A DNA stretch of 64,000 nt from Paragordius varius (Eukaryota; Animalia; Nematomorpha): the NCBI GenBank assembly GCA_964247055.1, contig OZ176050.1, positions 12,586,001 through 12,650,000 on the forward strand. Reading direction: 5' to 3'. The first letter of the stretch is position 1. The number at the start of each line of letters is the position of its first letter. Positions 13,044 to 25,100 of this stretch are shown here, piece after piece. Under the pieces are notes generated by a model that was given only the letters and a program-made list of their open reading frames with translations, was not told the origin of the DNA and ran no database searches. The position numbers and the translations under genes are program-made.

Positions 13044-16000
13044 ATGCAAAAATATTATTTGATAACATTTTTGGCGATTCTGGCTATATTTCTTTTTCCC
13101 TCGCCAGGAGGTATATTATGAATTAAGATTTTTATGTTATTGGGTTTAAATTAATTTTTGAATTACAGGTAATATCAAACTAATAGATAATTTAGGTTTA
13201 AAATATTTTAAAAGTAACTGTTTTCTTAAGATTTAATAATTTTTCTTAAATTAAAATTTGTTGTGCCGTTTTTTTTGAGATGGATTTGCCAATGATAAAG
13301 GAGGAAAAGTCATTATGGGATACGTTACTCAATGGCAAAAAATACCGCTAACTGATATAGCTTTCAAACATTTGACACATGTTCTCTACGCTTTCGGTTT
13401 TATTAAACCCAATGGTAACTTGCGCTTCACTGAAAATAGTTAGTATTATTATATTAATTGATTGAAATAATTGCAATGTTAATTGAGAGAATTAATATTT
13501 AATATACATTTTATTTTTTTAATAAGTTTGAAAAATATCAGAAGAGTAGTTTAAAGAAATTAAATTATTACCCAATAAAATATTTTAAATTTTAGCCTTA
13601 AACCATTTCCAACAACTCAAGGAAATAAAAAAACAATATCCCCATCTGAAAGTTCTGATCAGTATTGGCGGTGAGCGCAATTCCAATGAATTTAGGTACT
13701 AACTTGATTTCCTATCGTAAATAACAACATTAATAAAACCTAAAATATTGAAAGTTAATTGACTCTCATATATATATATATACATATATATATATAGGTG
13801 TATATGTAGCTATATTCTGTTACAGAGTAAGTAGGCTTATAAAGGATGAAATTTAAAATTAAAAATGAATAGGTTATTACATAATTATCAAAGTTAAAAA
13901 CTTCTAATTAATTTAATTTCGATATATATAAATAAAAAATGGGAACTTATATATTACTATTTAGTATTAGACTTTTATTTTATATTACATCGATTCGGAC
14001 AAACTCAAAAATATCAGTATGTCATTACTCTATTTAAAACACATTAAAATTATAAATATTATTAGCTAATTTTTCTAAAAATATTTATAATTATGAAGGT
14101 GTAAACTGGAATGGGGTTGGTTTTGAGTAGGACAAAACGGTTCTCTTATCACCAAGAAGCCGTTCCAATTTCAGTTTTGCTTCTTTAACTCAACTGATCA
14201 TATACAATGAGATGAAAATTTTTTTAGGAATTTTCTCTATAACGTTTTTTTTTCACTGAAGGTACCTTAAAACGGAGTCAGCAAAAATCATATTCGCTCA
14301 AGATTGTGTTAAAATTCTTAAACAGTACAATTTTGATGGCATTGATATCGATTGGGAATATCCAGGCGTCAATGAAATCAACGATTACGCAGAACTACTT
14401 AGAGTGAGTTTCACTTATTATTACAATTAATTGAAAAATAAAAAATAATTAATTTTTGCATCTTTTTTTTAAGAATAAATAGCTTCCTGAATCATAATAT
14501 GTAAATATAAACAGAGAGGATTTATTGCCTACTGTTTAATTGGCCGAATATTATTTATTTTAATTGAAATAAATAGTCGGTAACTTATTTTTTAAATCTT
14601 AAACAAATTTTTTGCATCGTAAAATTGAGAGAATTGCGCTGCATTATATATTTGAAATTTATTTAAAATTAAGCTAAAATGCGTAGCTAAATATAATTTG
14701 TAATTTTTAACTTATCTCATAAATGCCCATTCCATATTATAACCTTTGGTCTTCTAAATTGGATATATTTGTTTATGAGCAAATTTTTTGCTAAAATATA
14801 GATTATGGATCAACAACTTGGCCAATATTTGTTAACATCGGCAGTTCCTGCTGGCATACAAAATATGAATGGATTTAACGCAAACGCTATGAATAGGTTA
14901 CTCAAATTTTATACTAAAATTTTTTATATATAAAACTGGTTTAGATATTTTACTACTGCAGTGTCTAGATGGTAAACTGCACGATTTTACCATATCCATC
15001 CTCAGTCCTAGTCAGTTAAATTTTCCATAAATCTAATAAAACTAATTGGGTCTTTACATTAAATAACTGGGGAGGAAAATGATACTGTAAACTGTGGAGA
15101 GTCGAATTTGTCCCCGGTTTCTAAAATAAACCCAATTGGAAAGTGTTGTTAATTCAATCTTTTGGTTCTGAACACTTACAATTCCATTAATAATGTCGTG
15201 CTTAGTTAGGTTTTGTGTTCCCCAATCTACTTATAAACTGCCTATTTAGATTTATTTATTGTTTTAAATTATGGCAATTTGTAGAACATTAATGTACACT
15301 TATAAAATTTTAGATATCTAGATTTGATATTAGTGATGACATACGATTACGCTGGAAGTTGGAATAGGGAAGCGACACATAATTCACCCTTATACGGCAA
15401 CGGAGATTATAATTGCGTTAGTTTTATGAAATTTTGAAAAAATAATTATTCCAATCACAATTTTTCAGCAAATATTTTAGATATTAATTGTATTTCTAAT
15501 TTACAGAGGGGTGCTATAGAAGCGTGGAAACGCAAAAGCTTAGATGTAAGAAAAATGGTTCTAGGAATTCCATTTTTCGGGGTGAAATTTCGATTGAACC
15601 AAGTATCTCAAAATAAACCTGGTTCCCCTGTTACGTTTATTGATAAAATAACTGTAGATCAGGTCAAAAAAAATTCTCAAATATAATATTAGTTTACCTA
15701 CAAATTTTTAAATTTTTTTATACCCAGATTCAAAACATCAATTTGATCAAACAATGGGACAGTGTGTCACATAACTCCTACGGTTACCATTCTAGTTATT
15801 GGTATAGTTTTGAAGATGAAAAAAGCATCACATCTAAGGTTTAATTATTTCTTTTTTAGCTTAAGAAAAGCAATTTTAACTTTTTACACAAAATATAATA
15901 TTTTATTACCCCGTGAATTAGGGTTCAGAGGCGTAACTAGCAACGCCCGGTAAATGAATCCGTAATGGCACCCCCCTTTCCTTTCATACGACCCCTGGCA

Positions 16001-18022
16001 TTTTAAAAAAATAATCAAGTTCGAATCGTGGTCATGACCACTCATAAATGCGTGATTTTTTATGCCTATTTAATAGTAACCTTTAAATACCTATTTTTTA
16101 AAATTATATTAAATTTTTCGAAATCCGGCGCCCCTTGAATTATGATGCACGGTGCATCAGCCCCTCTTTTCCCCTTTCTAGCTACGCTCTGTGGTTAACT
16201 TAATTTTTGGTTATATATTATAAATAATTTTATAAAAAACGAATTTCAATATGTAAACGGTTAATAATGGCTTCAAGACTTGTCATTAAACTTCTTATTA
16301 TTAAATGATTATACTTGGCTTAGATATGAGTTTTTTAGGAAATTTGACATAAGCGCATTAGCATCAATTCAAATTTCGTCATGATGAATGAAATTTTTTA
16401 TAAAACAGATAAATTATGTCAATCAAAACGATTTAGCCGGTGTAATGATATGGGAATTGAGTCAAAACCAAGATCAATCTTTACTTAGTTTCATATACAG
16501 AGCTTTGCACCAAGGTGTGCCATACACTCTTGCCTCTGCCCATCATTATAACATTGTTAATGATAGTTTTAACGGATTATCAAATAATGAAACTGCACTA
16601 GAAATAATGACTTTACCAAAGTTAACAAGTAAAAATTATCCAGCAAGTTTTAACCGAAATGATGAATGTATTAGCGAACCCGCTCTAATTTGTAATTATT
16701 TTGGTATAGAGCATCAACAAGCCTACCCATTAGATTGCAGGCAATCTTTAAAATTACTAAAAACATTTTATTAAATACATTTTACTGGGATGTCCAAAAC
16801 AAATAGCTTTGTTGGCCGCATTTTTCGATCAAAATTTTAGGTGGGCCGCATCTGAAATATATATGGGTATTCATAAAAAATTTTCAGATTTTAAACATAA
16901 GACTGAAAAATAAAAACGGAATGTAACAATAGAAAAAATTGGCTAAAAATTATCAATTTTTTAAGATTTTATCAGCATGTTTTTTCAAATTATGGTTCCA
17001 AATTTTTCGCAGGCCGCACATCTCGGAGGGCGCATGCGGCCCGCGTGTTGGCCACCCTGGAATGGTATCAAAAATAAGCGTAGAGATAGAAGATTCTCTA
17101 CATATTTTGGTACCCATAAAAAAGGCAAATTTTCATATTATTTTACTGCGTTCAACAAAATATGTGGATATTTTGGCGTAAAAAACAAAAAAATACCGAC
17201 CTTTTTAAATGTTGAATATAAAAAATTAACTTTTATCATCAAAAAACCTATTATTTTAAAAATTTAAACCAACCTCATGTAAAATCGTTATATAAGTGTT
17301 CCACTGTTTTAATTAAATTAAAGGTTCATGTTGAATAAAGGACGTTTATATTCTCAAACAGGGGCGTCAACAGGCGGCGTGACTTTTTGCGCGTCTCGCG
17401 AAAAATTTCGAAAACAGAATAACCAAAAGATAATATGCCATTTTTGAACAATTCAAAAAATATATTTTTAAATGAGATAAGGAATATTGCGTTTTCCTTA
17501 AAATTAAGGTTATTAAATTAAATGGGTTAGTTTTTTTCTTAAACATCACCTATCGAATTCATTCAGAAATGGTGCTTTAGCAAAAAAATTTTGCTTACGT
17601 GATACTAAATGATTGAATTGGAAAAAAATTCGCCATATACAATTTTTTCTTAATCAAATTGATTGTATGGATACCACTTCCCAAATTTTGACAAAGAAAT
17701 AGTTATCACTATTAAATTAATTTATTGTTTAAATATATTCATGTTTGAGTGTTATATATTTTTTTGTAGGCGGCCCATAAAGCCATTTATGATTACACTC
17801 GTGTTCTAAAATTAAAAGTTATTATTTCGATTCAATTTTTCATATTTTGGTTTGCTAATGGACAAATGCTAATTTTAATTTTTTGGGAAAAATCTTAGTA
17901 AATATGTGGATTGCCGTGATGTTGGAATGCCAGTTTTAAACTGTCCTCCTGGATTACATTGGAATCAACCAATTTTATCATGTGATTGGCCTGTTAACGT
18001 AAAATGCATTCCATGCATATAA
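13044..18022 (+). CDS. Secreted GH18 chitinase with C-terminal CBM14 chitin-binding domain, ~462 aa; exons 13044-13110, (13169-13195 possible), 13280-13438, 13596-13695, 14262-14403, 14802-14896, 15314-15416, 15507-15662, 15728-15838, 16409-16740, 17899-18022
   Basis: Signal peptide MQKYYLITFLAILAIFLFPSPG; LTHVLYAF; KVLISIGG; intact catalytic FDGIDIDWEYP; VMTYDYAGSW; GVMIWELSQ; CBM14 YPLDCSKYVDC...CPPGLHWNQ..CDWPVNVKC. None of the catalytic exons appears in the ORF track. Confidence 0.93.
15926..16191. mobile_element. hAT-like MITE in a chitinase intron
   Basis: Inverted ends CAGAGGCGTAACTAG / CTAGCTACGCTCTG resemble the TIR of the hAT at 23099; internal GGCGCCCC motifs. Confidence 0.55.
16785..17059. 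mobile_element. Charlie-like hAT MITE in the GC-AG chitinase intron
   Basis: Ends CTGGGATGTCCAAA / GTTGGCCACCCTG with internal GGCCGCA/GCGGCCCG subterminal motifs. Confidence 0.5.
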
Positions 18023-18484
18023 AACATGGTTATTTTAGTGATAATTAGCGCTATAAATGTTAATCCATTAAATTAAATTAAAAATAAAGGGTTGCATCTA
18101 ATTATTAACGAAGAGTTTCACATATCGTTTATAATTTCTATTTATAGTTTCATTTAATTCTATTTAATTATCCTTTATTGTTATAATACGGATTTTAACA
18201 ACTGTTATTCATATTTTTAGTAAAGATTTTATTCATATTTGTAATAAAGGGGCTTTTTCAATAAAAAAAACTTTGTAACAACATCTTTCCAAATTAGAAT
18301 ATAAACTCCAAAGTTCATCTATTATATTTGGAAAATTGTGAATTTACACTGTAATTAATTAAATATGAACAAAATATTTTGAACAAAAATCCGTTTTAAC
18401 AATTCATCCCACACTGATGAAATAACATGAGTGTAAACAAAAATGTAAAAAGGTACTTCAAACTTCTGTATTTGGCACCATATA

Positions 18485-18853
18485 TACCATTTACAGTTCA
18501 AATTCATCCTTAAACAAATCATATTCACCCTTAAACAATTCAAATTCACCCTTGAACAATTATAATCGAACAAGTCAAATTCACCCTCAAATAAATAACA
18601 TGTTTTTGAAGATTAAAAATTACCTATATTTTAAAATTTTGTTTTAAATTAAAATAATACTGAAAAAATAATAAATTATGCCATATAGATATATTTTATA
18701 TTAATAATGAGTTATATTAGTTCGAAAACACATAATTTATTTTTAGGGTAAATTTGAATTGTTCAAGGGTGAATTTGAATTGTTCAAGGGTGAATTTGAA
18801 TTGTTCGAGGGTGAATATATATGTTCAAGGGTTAATTTGAACTGTAAATGGCA
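18485..18853. mobile_element. Foldback-type MITE family A, copy 1
   Basis: TA|TACCATTTACAG ... CTGTAAATGGCA|TA; arms built from tandem 21-bp CAAATTCACCCTTGAACAATT units; same core as 46784-47147 and 50784-51025. Confidence 0.85.
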
Positions 18854-19503
18854 TATGAAAATAGGCCATTAAAAGGGTTCCTATGGTTAAAATCGTAAAT
18901 TTTTTAAATATTATTTTTACTTTAATAGGGAAAATGGGTTTGAGCTAGTAAATGTTTTTGGAAAAGAAACGATAAAAACTTACATTTTTGAAAATCGGAA
19001 GAGTGCATGATGATTAATATGAAAATACTGTAAAGCGTATATATTGAAAAACTTATTTAGAGAAAAACAGTCATTACAAAGGGCCCTGTATTTTTAACAA
19101 AGTTCTTATTTATAATTATTTTACGATTAATAGTGAATAAATGAGCCAGTTATTTGCCCAACTATTATCAATTTTCTTATAAATAATTCATAAGGCAGAA
19201 AAATTCAAAGTTTTTTTTATGAAAATATAACTTTGTGTCAGTCCGTTATATGTTGTTTAAAAATGTTTTAATATTATAACAAAAATATATATTTTATAAT
19301 CTTATGATTATAAAATATACGTGTTACGATTTTCTATAAAATATTGTGGAAACATAAATTAAATATTACAAATTATGAATTAACCGATATTTATCGGGTA
19401 ATTTAAACTAATTTAAATAAAAATAGGTTGATTCACCAAATAAGACATTATACAACCAATGTATCAAAATTTATTTAGAAAATTCTTTCATGCCATAAAA
19501 TCT

Positions 19504-20573
19504 TTAATTGGGTCTGAGAGCTGGCATCAACTTCCTTAAAGCTAAATTAAAAAGAATAAATTAAAAAATTATAATATATAATAAAAAACCAAAAGAGAAA
19601 TTAATTTCCTTGAAAAAAATTACTTTCAATGTCAAACTTTTCACCACCGACAATATTTTTATTGGCCAAAAACTTGGCACTACCAAGATTGCCAGTGGCA
19701 GCACCTTCATTACTAACTATGATGTAATCATCAAATTCTGTTTTCTTCCATCCCATTGCTCCAACTGTTAACTTATCCATATTGGGATCTTATCATTGAT
19801 AAAAAAAAGTTGTTTATAATTACAGCTATAATATTAAAATGTAGAAGTTTTCTAAAATTAATAAAAATATTTATAATGATCAATGATTATTTACCGTTTT
19901 CTTTCATATTAAGTTGCTCAGCAAGATATGATTTCTTAACGGATTTAAACGAGGCCCCAATAGTATTCAATATAACTATGAATCATAATATAAGAATTTT
20001 ACAAGTTCTAATGGCAGTTTCAAAACCTTCTATTCCTTTAATCAAGGAAATGCGCATATTAACAAGTTCCTATATATAATATTTTATTATATAGTTTATT
20101 TGTATAGTAATTGCAAAAATATAAAAGGTTTTATACTCACCCAAAACTTTTTATATTCAGCCATTTCTAGTAAAGAATTAAGTTTAAGTATCGTTTCAAT
20201 GTTTTCGTCATTAATCTAAAAATAAAATTAAATGCGTACAATAGTAGGGGATAACATATATTTACACAAGAGAAAATCGTTTCTTGGCAATTTCATTAAA
20301 GATTTTAATAAAATGCAAGCAATTATTGATAAATCTGAAATCTCTGGATAAAGTTGGTATCTAAATGATAAAAAAATTTTAAACAATTTAAGGATGGACA
20401 AATTTAGATCCAGATAATATTCATCAGGATTTCTCAATTCATGGCCAATGTATATTTTACTTTTTTCCATAAATTCAGGGTGATATTCATATCTACCATA
20501 AAACCCTTATAAACCTCATAGCGTTTCCTTGCAGCAAGCGCTTTAATTCATCTTTTAAGGCTGACACTTCCAT
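19504..20573 (-). CDS. eIF3k: Eukaryotic translation initiation factor 3 subunit K, 237 aa; exons 20573-20515, 20492-20385, 20360-20240, 20215-20141, 20069-20003, 19975-19895, 19788-19624, 19541-19504
   Basis: The spliced product MEVSALKDELKRLLQGNAMRYEYHPE...LDLNLSILKLYQLYP...CILLKSLMKLPRNDFLLCKYM...ILKLNSLLEMAEYKKFW...GIEGFETAIRTFILNTIG...YLAEQL...MGW...KNIVGGEKFDIE follows the eIF3k family along its length. All junctions are GT-AG and in phase. Confidence 0.9.
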
Positions 20574-21329
20574 GCGTATCGGTTGATTTTATGAAATATT
20601 TTTTGTTACACATATGATATTATTAATATATAAATTTTTAAAATTAATATTTTTAACACTTGATAGGGATTTCACTTTTTTTACGAGCTACCTATTGGGG
20701 TGATTTCATATCCATTGCTATAAAAACACTACAGTTAAAGTTTTTTAGTATTTAAATTATTAAACAATTTATTAGATAACAAAGTTTATATTTTTTACAG
20801 TTTTGTGACTAGAATCTTAAATGAGACTTCTTCAAAACACTATTAAAACAAACAGCTGATATTAAAATCTAATAAAGTTTTTGTAATATAGCTTGAAAGC
20901 TTTTTAAAATTAAGTATTTACTCTAACCATATCTACGGAAATGCATATTATCATGCTGCTTTTAATTTTGGCCCTTCCGATTGATTCAAGAACAATTTAC
21001 ACTTTTGTGGTAAATGCCCCATATCACAAAATGGCATAATTTAAAAAAAATTTTTTAAATATTATTGAGGTAAATGGTTGCTTCATCCCAAATATATTAA
21101 TAAAATATATCATCCACATATAAGAAGGAAAATATTTTATTTAAAAAATTAAATTTTTAGATCATCCGAAAGTCCCAAAACGCCCTTTTAAAACGGGCTA
21201 GTTTTCTTAAAATAAACGTAAATGGAGAGTGGGATGAAAATTTTAAATATATGCTAAATTTTGATAACTAAAAATATTTTTAAAAATGGAATTTTTTTAA
21301 AAAATTTAATTGTTACCAAAATTTTGGGA

Positions 21330-21820
21330 AGCGTAATACATACTATTTCGAGGCATGATGGAAACGGTATAATAATATTTTAAGATATTATACACCACTT
21401 TTTCTACATAATTCGATGATGACCATTTCTATCACCTCAGAATTATGATTAAAAAATATGTTTGTCCACAAATGAATGTCAAATATAAATGTGATTTTTT
21501 ACAAAACCGAAATTAAATTTACGACTTTAGGAGACATCTTAAAAAAATTTAAATATTGCTTTTATAAGGTGATTATATTTTAGTGATGTATATTAAATGA
21601 AGCATATAACTTTAATCAAAAGATTTGTTTAACAAAATGTGCCAAAATTATACCATTTTTAGAAATGTATCAATTACCATAAAAGTGTAAGTAACTTTCT
21701 TCTTAAGAAGCCAAAGCCAAAAAGACCAAGATAATCCTGAAATATTTTTCTCCACACTTCGTCAGGATATTTTTTTGTAAACCCGCTTAATACATACTTT
21801 CTTTTCACACAGTTTATTAT
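21330..21820 (-). mobile_element. Decayed LTR-retrotransposon integrase remnant
   Basis: Frameshifted and stop-containing pieces NCVKRK..YPDEVWRKIFQDYLG, KKVTYTFMVIDTFLKMV and ELCRKSGV resemble retroelement integrase core motifs. Confidence 0.45.
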
Positions 21821-22149
21821 GAGAATTTATTAAATAAAATGACAATGTTTTATTTTTTATTCGAATAATTTTTAACAATATATTTTTACTTTAATAAATT
21901 AATTTAACTATTTCATGTTTTCAAGTTTATTTATTTGATTTTGATTGTTAAATTTTGTGTAGTGTTGTTATTATTTAACAATCGTAATTCTTGACAATAT
22001 TTTATATGTACAAAAAATGTTATACATAAGTGACAAAGTGTATCTTCTATTTAATTACAAAAACGATTCAATTATCTAAAAGTTTACAACAAACCCTAAT
22101 ATTCTAGAAAATATTTTACTGAATTCCCCAACAATACTGAATTTGAAGG

Positions 22150-25100
22150 ATTATATAAATCTCTTGGCGATGCAAATAAAAGAGGCCAATCTTAGAGCTC
22201 AATATTATTTGCGTCTAGATTATGAATCTTCTTGGGTGCAAAACCATTGAAGTTTAAGGATTATACACAAGAAAAGCTGTCGGGGAGAGGTCTTAAAATG
22301 TAAAACCATTTAATTTGAAGAAGTATACATCAAAATTTGTACTTATAATTATAAATCTATAAAAGTTGTCGGAGAAGGCACTGAAGGTTTTTACATTGAA
22401 GATATAATTTAGGATTTAATTTTTATGGTTTTTAAAATTAATTTTTTAAAAAATGTTATAGATATTAATATTTTAATTATGGTTTACAGGAAGGTTTTTA
22501 TAGTGTATATAATTTTACTTTTAAATACATGCTTCATATCTTAAAAAAATATTTAAATTATAATGATATAGTTCAAGAGTGTCCGATACGCAGCCCTCTG
22601 AGACTTTATTTCCGATCTGCGATAAATTTGGCACAAAATCTTAGTAAAATTGATATTTCTTAAACAATTTAAAAAATCGGCTAAAACTAGAAAAAATTGT
22701 TACATTTTGCATTTTAATTGTTTGTGTTTAAAATCCATAAATTATTTATGAATGCCCACTTTTATATAATATCCGGATAAAAACGGGAAAGCTATGAGGA
22801 CACCCTTGTAATAAAATTAGTGAACCATATATTTTCAAAAACACATGAATATTGACACCATTAAAGTTACAGGATGATACAAATATCAGCACAAATGAAA
22901 TAATATTAAAGCCAAACTCAAAGCTGGCAGTAATTTGCAAAGTAAATAGGAGTCGAGTGATTGTGTAACCATTGAACAGAAGGATTATACAAAAATAATT
23001 GCAAGTCAAATATTTAAAGAGGCCGAACTTAAAGGTGATGTCAGTTGCAAAATCGATCAGAGAGAAGTCCAGTGATTGCAAACCATTGAAGCTACATACA
23101 GGGGCGTACCGATGGGGGGGCAAGGGGGTGCATCATGCCCCGGGCGCCGTTATTTAGGGGCGCCTAAATAATTTTTTTAAATTAAATATGAATTATGCAA
23201 AAATAATAACAACTTTCAAGTAAAATTCTTCAGCAACATAGGTAATTTGTAAAATAATATCAAAATTATATAAATGAGATCAAGATCAAATAGTATGCAA
23301 AAAACAACTTTCATTATTCCCTTCAACATGTGCAAACTTATTTTTTCGCTTTAAAAACGTTTCTTTCTCACGCACATATTGTTAATTCTTTTATTGCCTT
23401 TAATTAAATTATTTTAATTTGTCGCTCTGTTGTACACTTGCTGGCTTAAGTAAACTTGCTCAACTTCGCTTGGCTTACAAGTCAACTGCGACTTTTTTAT
23501 CACCCCACCCCTTATCTCTTATAATTTATGATTACATTTCCATTTTATACAACAATTTTATTTATTTAAATCCCCAAGATCATTCCATCTCTAAGGTAGG
23601 TTTTATTATTAATATAACCTTGTTTTTTTATAATAACATTTATTTTCATCATATATCAATATCTAAACTCAGCGGTTACGCAAATAGGAAACGAAAAATC
23701 AAGGAAGAGAATAAAACAAATAAAATGCGAATGCGTATGAAACCTTATTTAACGAAAATATCTGACCCTAACATTGAAAAAGTGTATGCGACACAAACAT
23801 AACGGTAATAACTTAATTACACCTGAAACCCTACTTATTGATCCAATAAATAGATATAAAACTACAAATATATCATTGTAATTCCAAGCGCTATACCTAC
23901 AGAGTTTAATGATGTCGCCTTTTTGTAATAATAATGTCCCTCCCGTAATATTTAAGCAGCTTCACACAATAATGTTTCTTCGTGGATCTCAAGTATATCA
24001 AAATAAATGCCATCTCTTTGAAATCATCGTTCAATGCCTCAATCTTGGTTTTTTCGACGTGTCGGTAAAAAAGGATTTGAAGTTGAGAAGTCTTGGCTTT
24101 TATATTTACCAAAGAACAGATCTGAGTATTGTTATGGCTGCCTACTTTTTGATCGATCTTATTATATGAAATATTGGCCTGCATGAAATATCTAATCAAC
24201 CAAAATCTCCCTGAGGTCATGTTGCAAGTTTAATGTATCTAGGTGACACAGCACCAAATCCTGGAAATCTCTATCTTTACTAAAATTTGTTGCTCATTTT
24301 GACCCAATAATGGGAGAACACATGAGAAATATTGAATTTTTTAACACTTTATCCTATGTTTTAGCCAAAAAACGAGTTTATACATCTTTTGGCTTCAAGA
24401 GTTAAAGCTAAATTGACCAATAACATAAACCAAGTAAATATTATGAACTAATATTAGATTTTAACGCCAGATATAGCGCACCGAGAACAAACTCAAGTTG
24501 CTAGGTAGGTGTTAATTGATTATGAGAAAAAGAAAGTTATCATAAAGAAATCCTTTTTGGGTTTTTTTCCAGTTATTCAACAAAGTTGCATTGTCGATTG
24601 AAAAGGTAATTTTAGAAAATTTAAATATGGATAATAATCAGTTATCAAATTGTAGATCTCCAATGCTATGATAATGCAGCTGTGATGTCGGGTCACATTT
24701 CAGGCGTTTAACAAAGAATTACGGAAATAAAAGAGCAATATTTGCTTGTGACAATCATTCCTTAAATTTAGTAGGAGTCACGGTAGCAAAAAGATGTTAT
24801 TGTTGCAACGTGTTTCGGAATAATTGAAAATATCCATCTTTTTTTATTCAACCATAAGATGAGACCTATTAAAAAATAAACTAAAAAAACTGTTAGGAGT
24901 GAGTCTGAAAGCCCGATGGAGTGCTAGAATTCAAGCACTTAATGCCATAGGGAATAGATGATTTGATAGAGCTCTTAAAAGAATTAAGTAAAAATATTTC
25001 AAATACTAGTATAACAAGAAGTGAGGCATCCATTTTACTTCATGTGTTTTAAATTTTAATTTTTAACATTTTTCTGGCATCAAATACTTATAATCGATAG

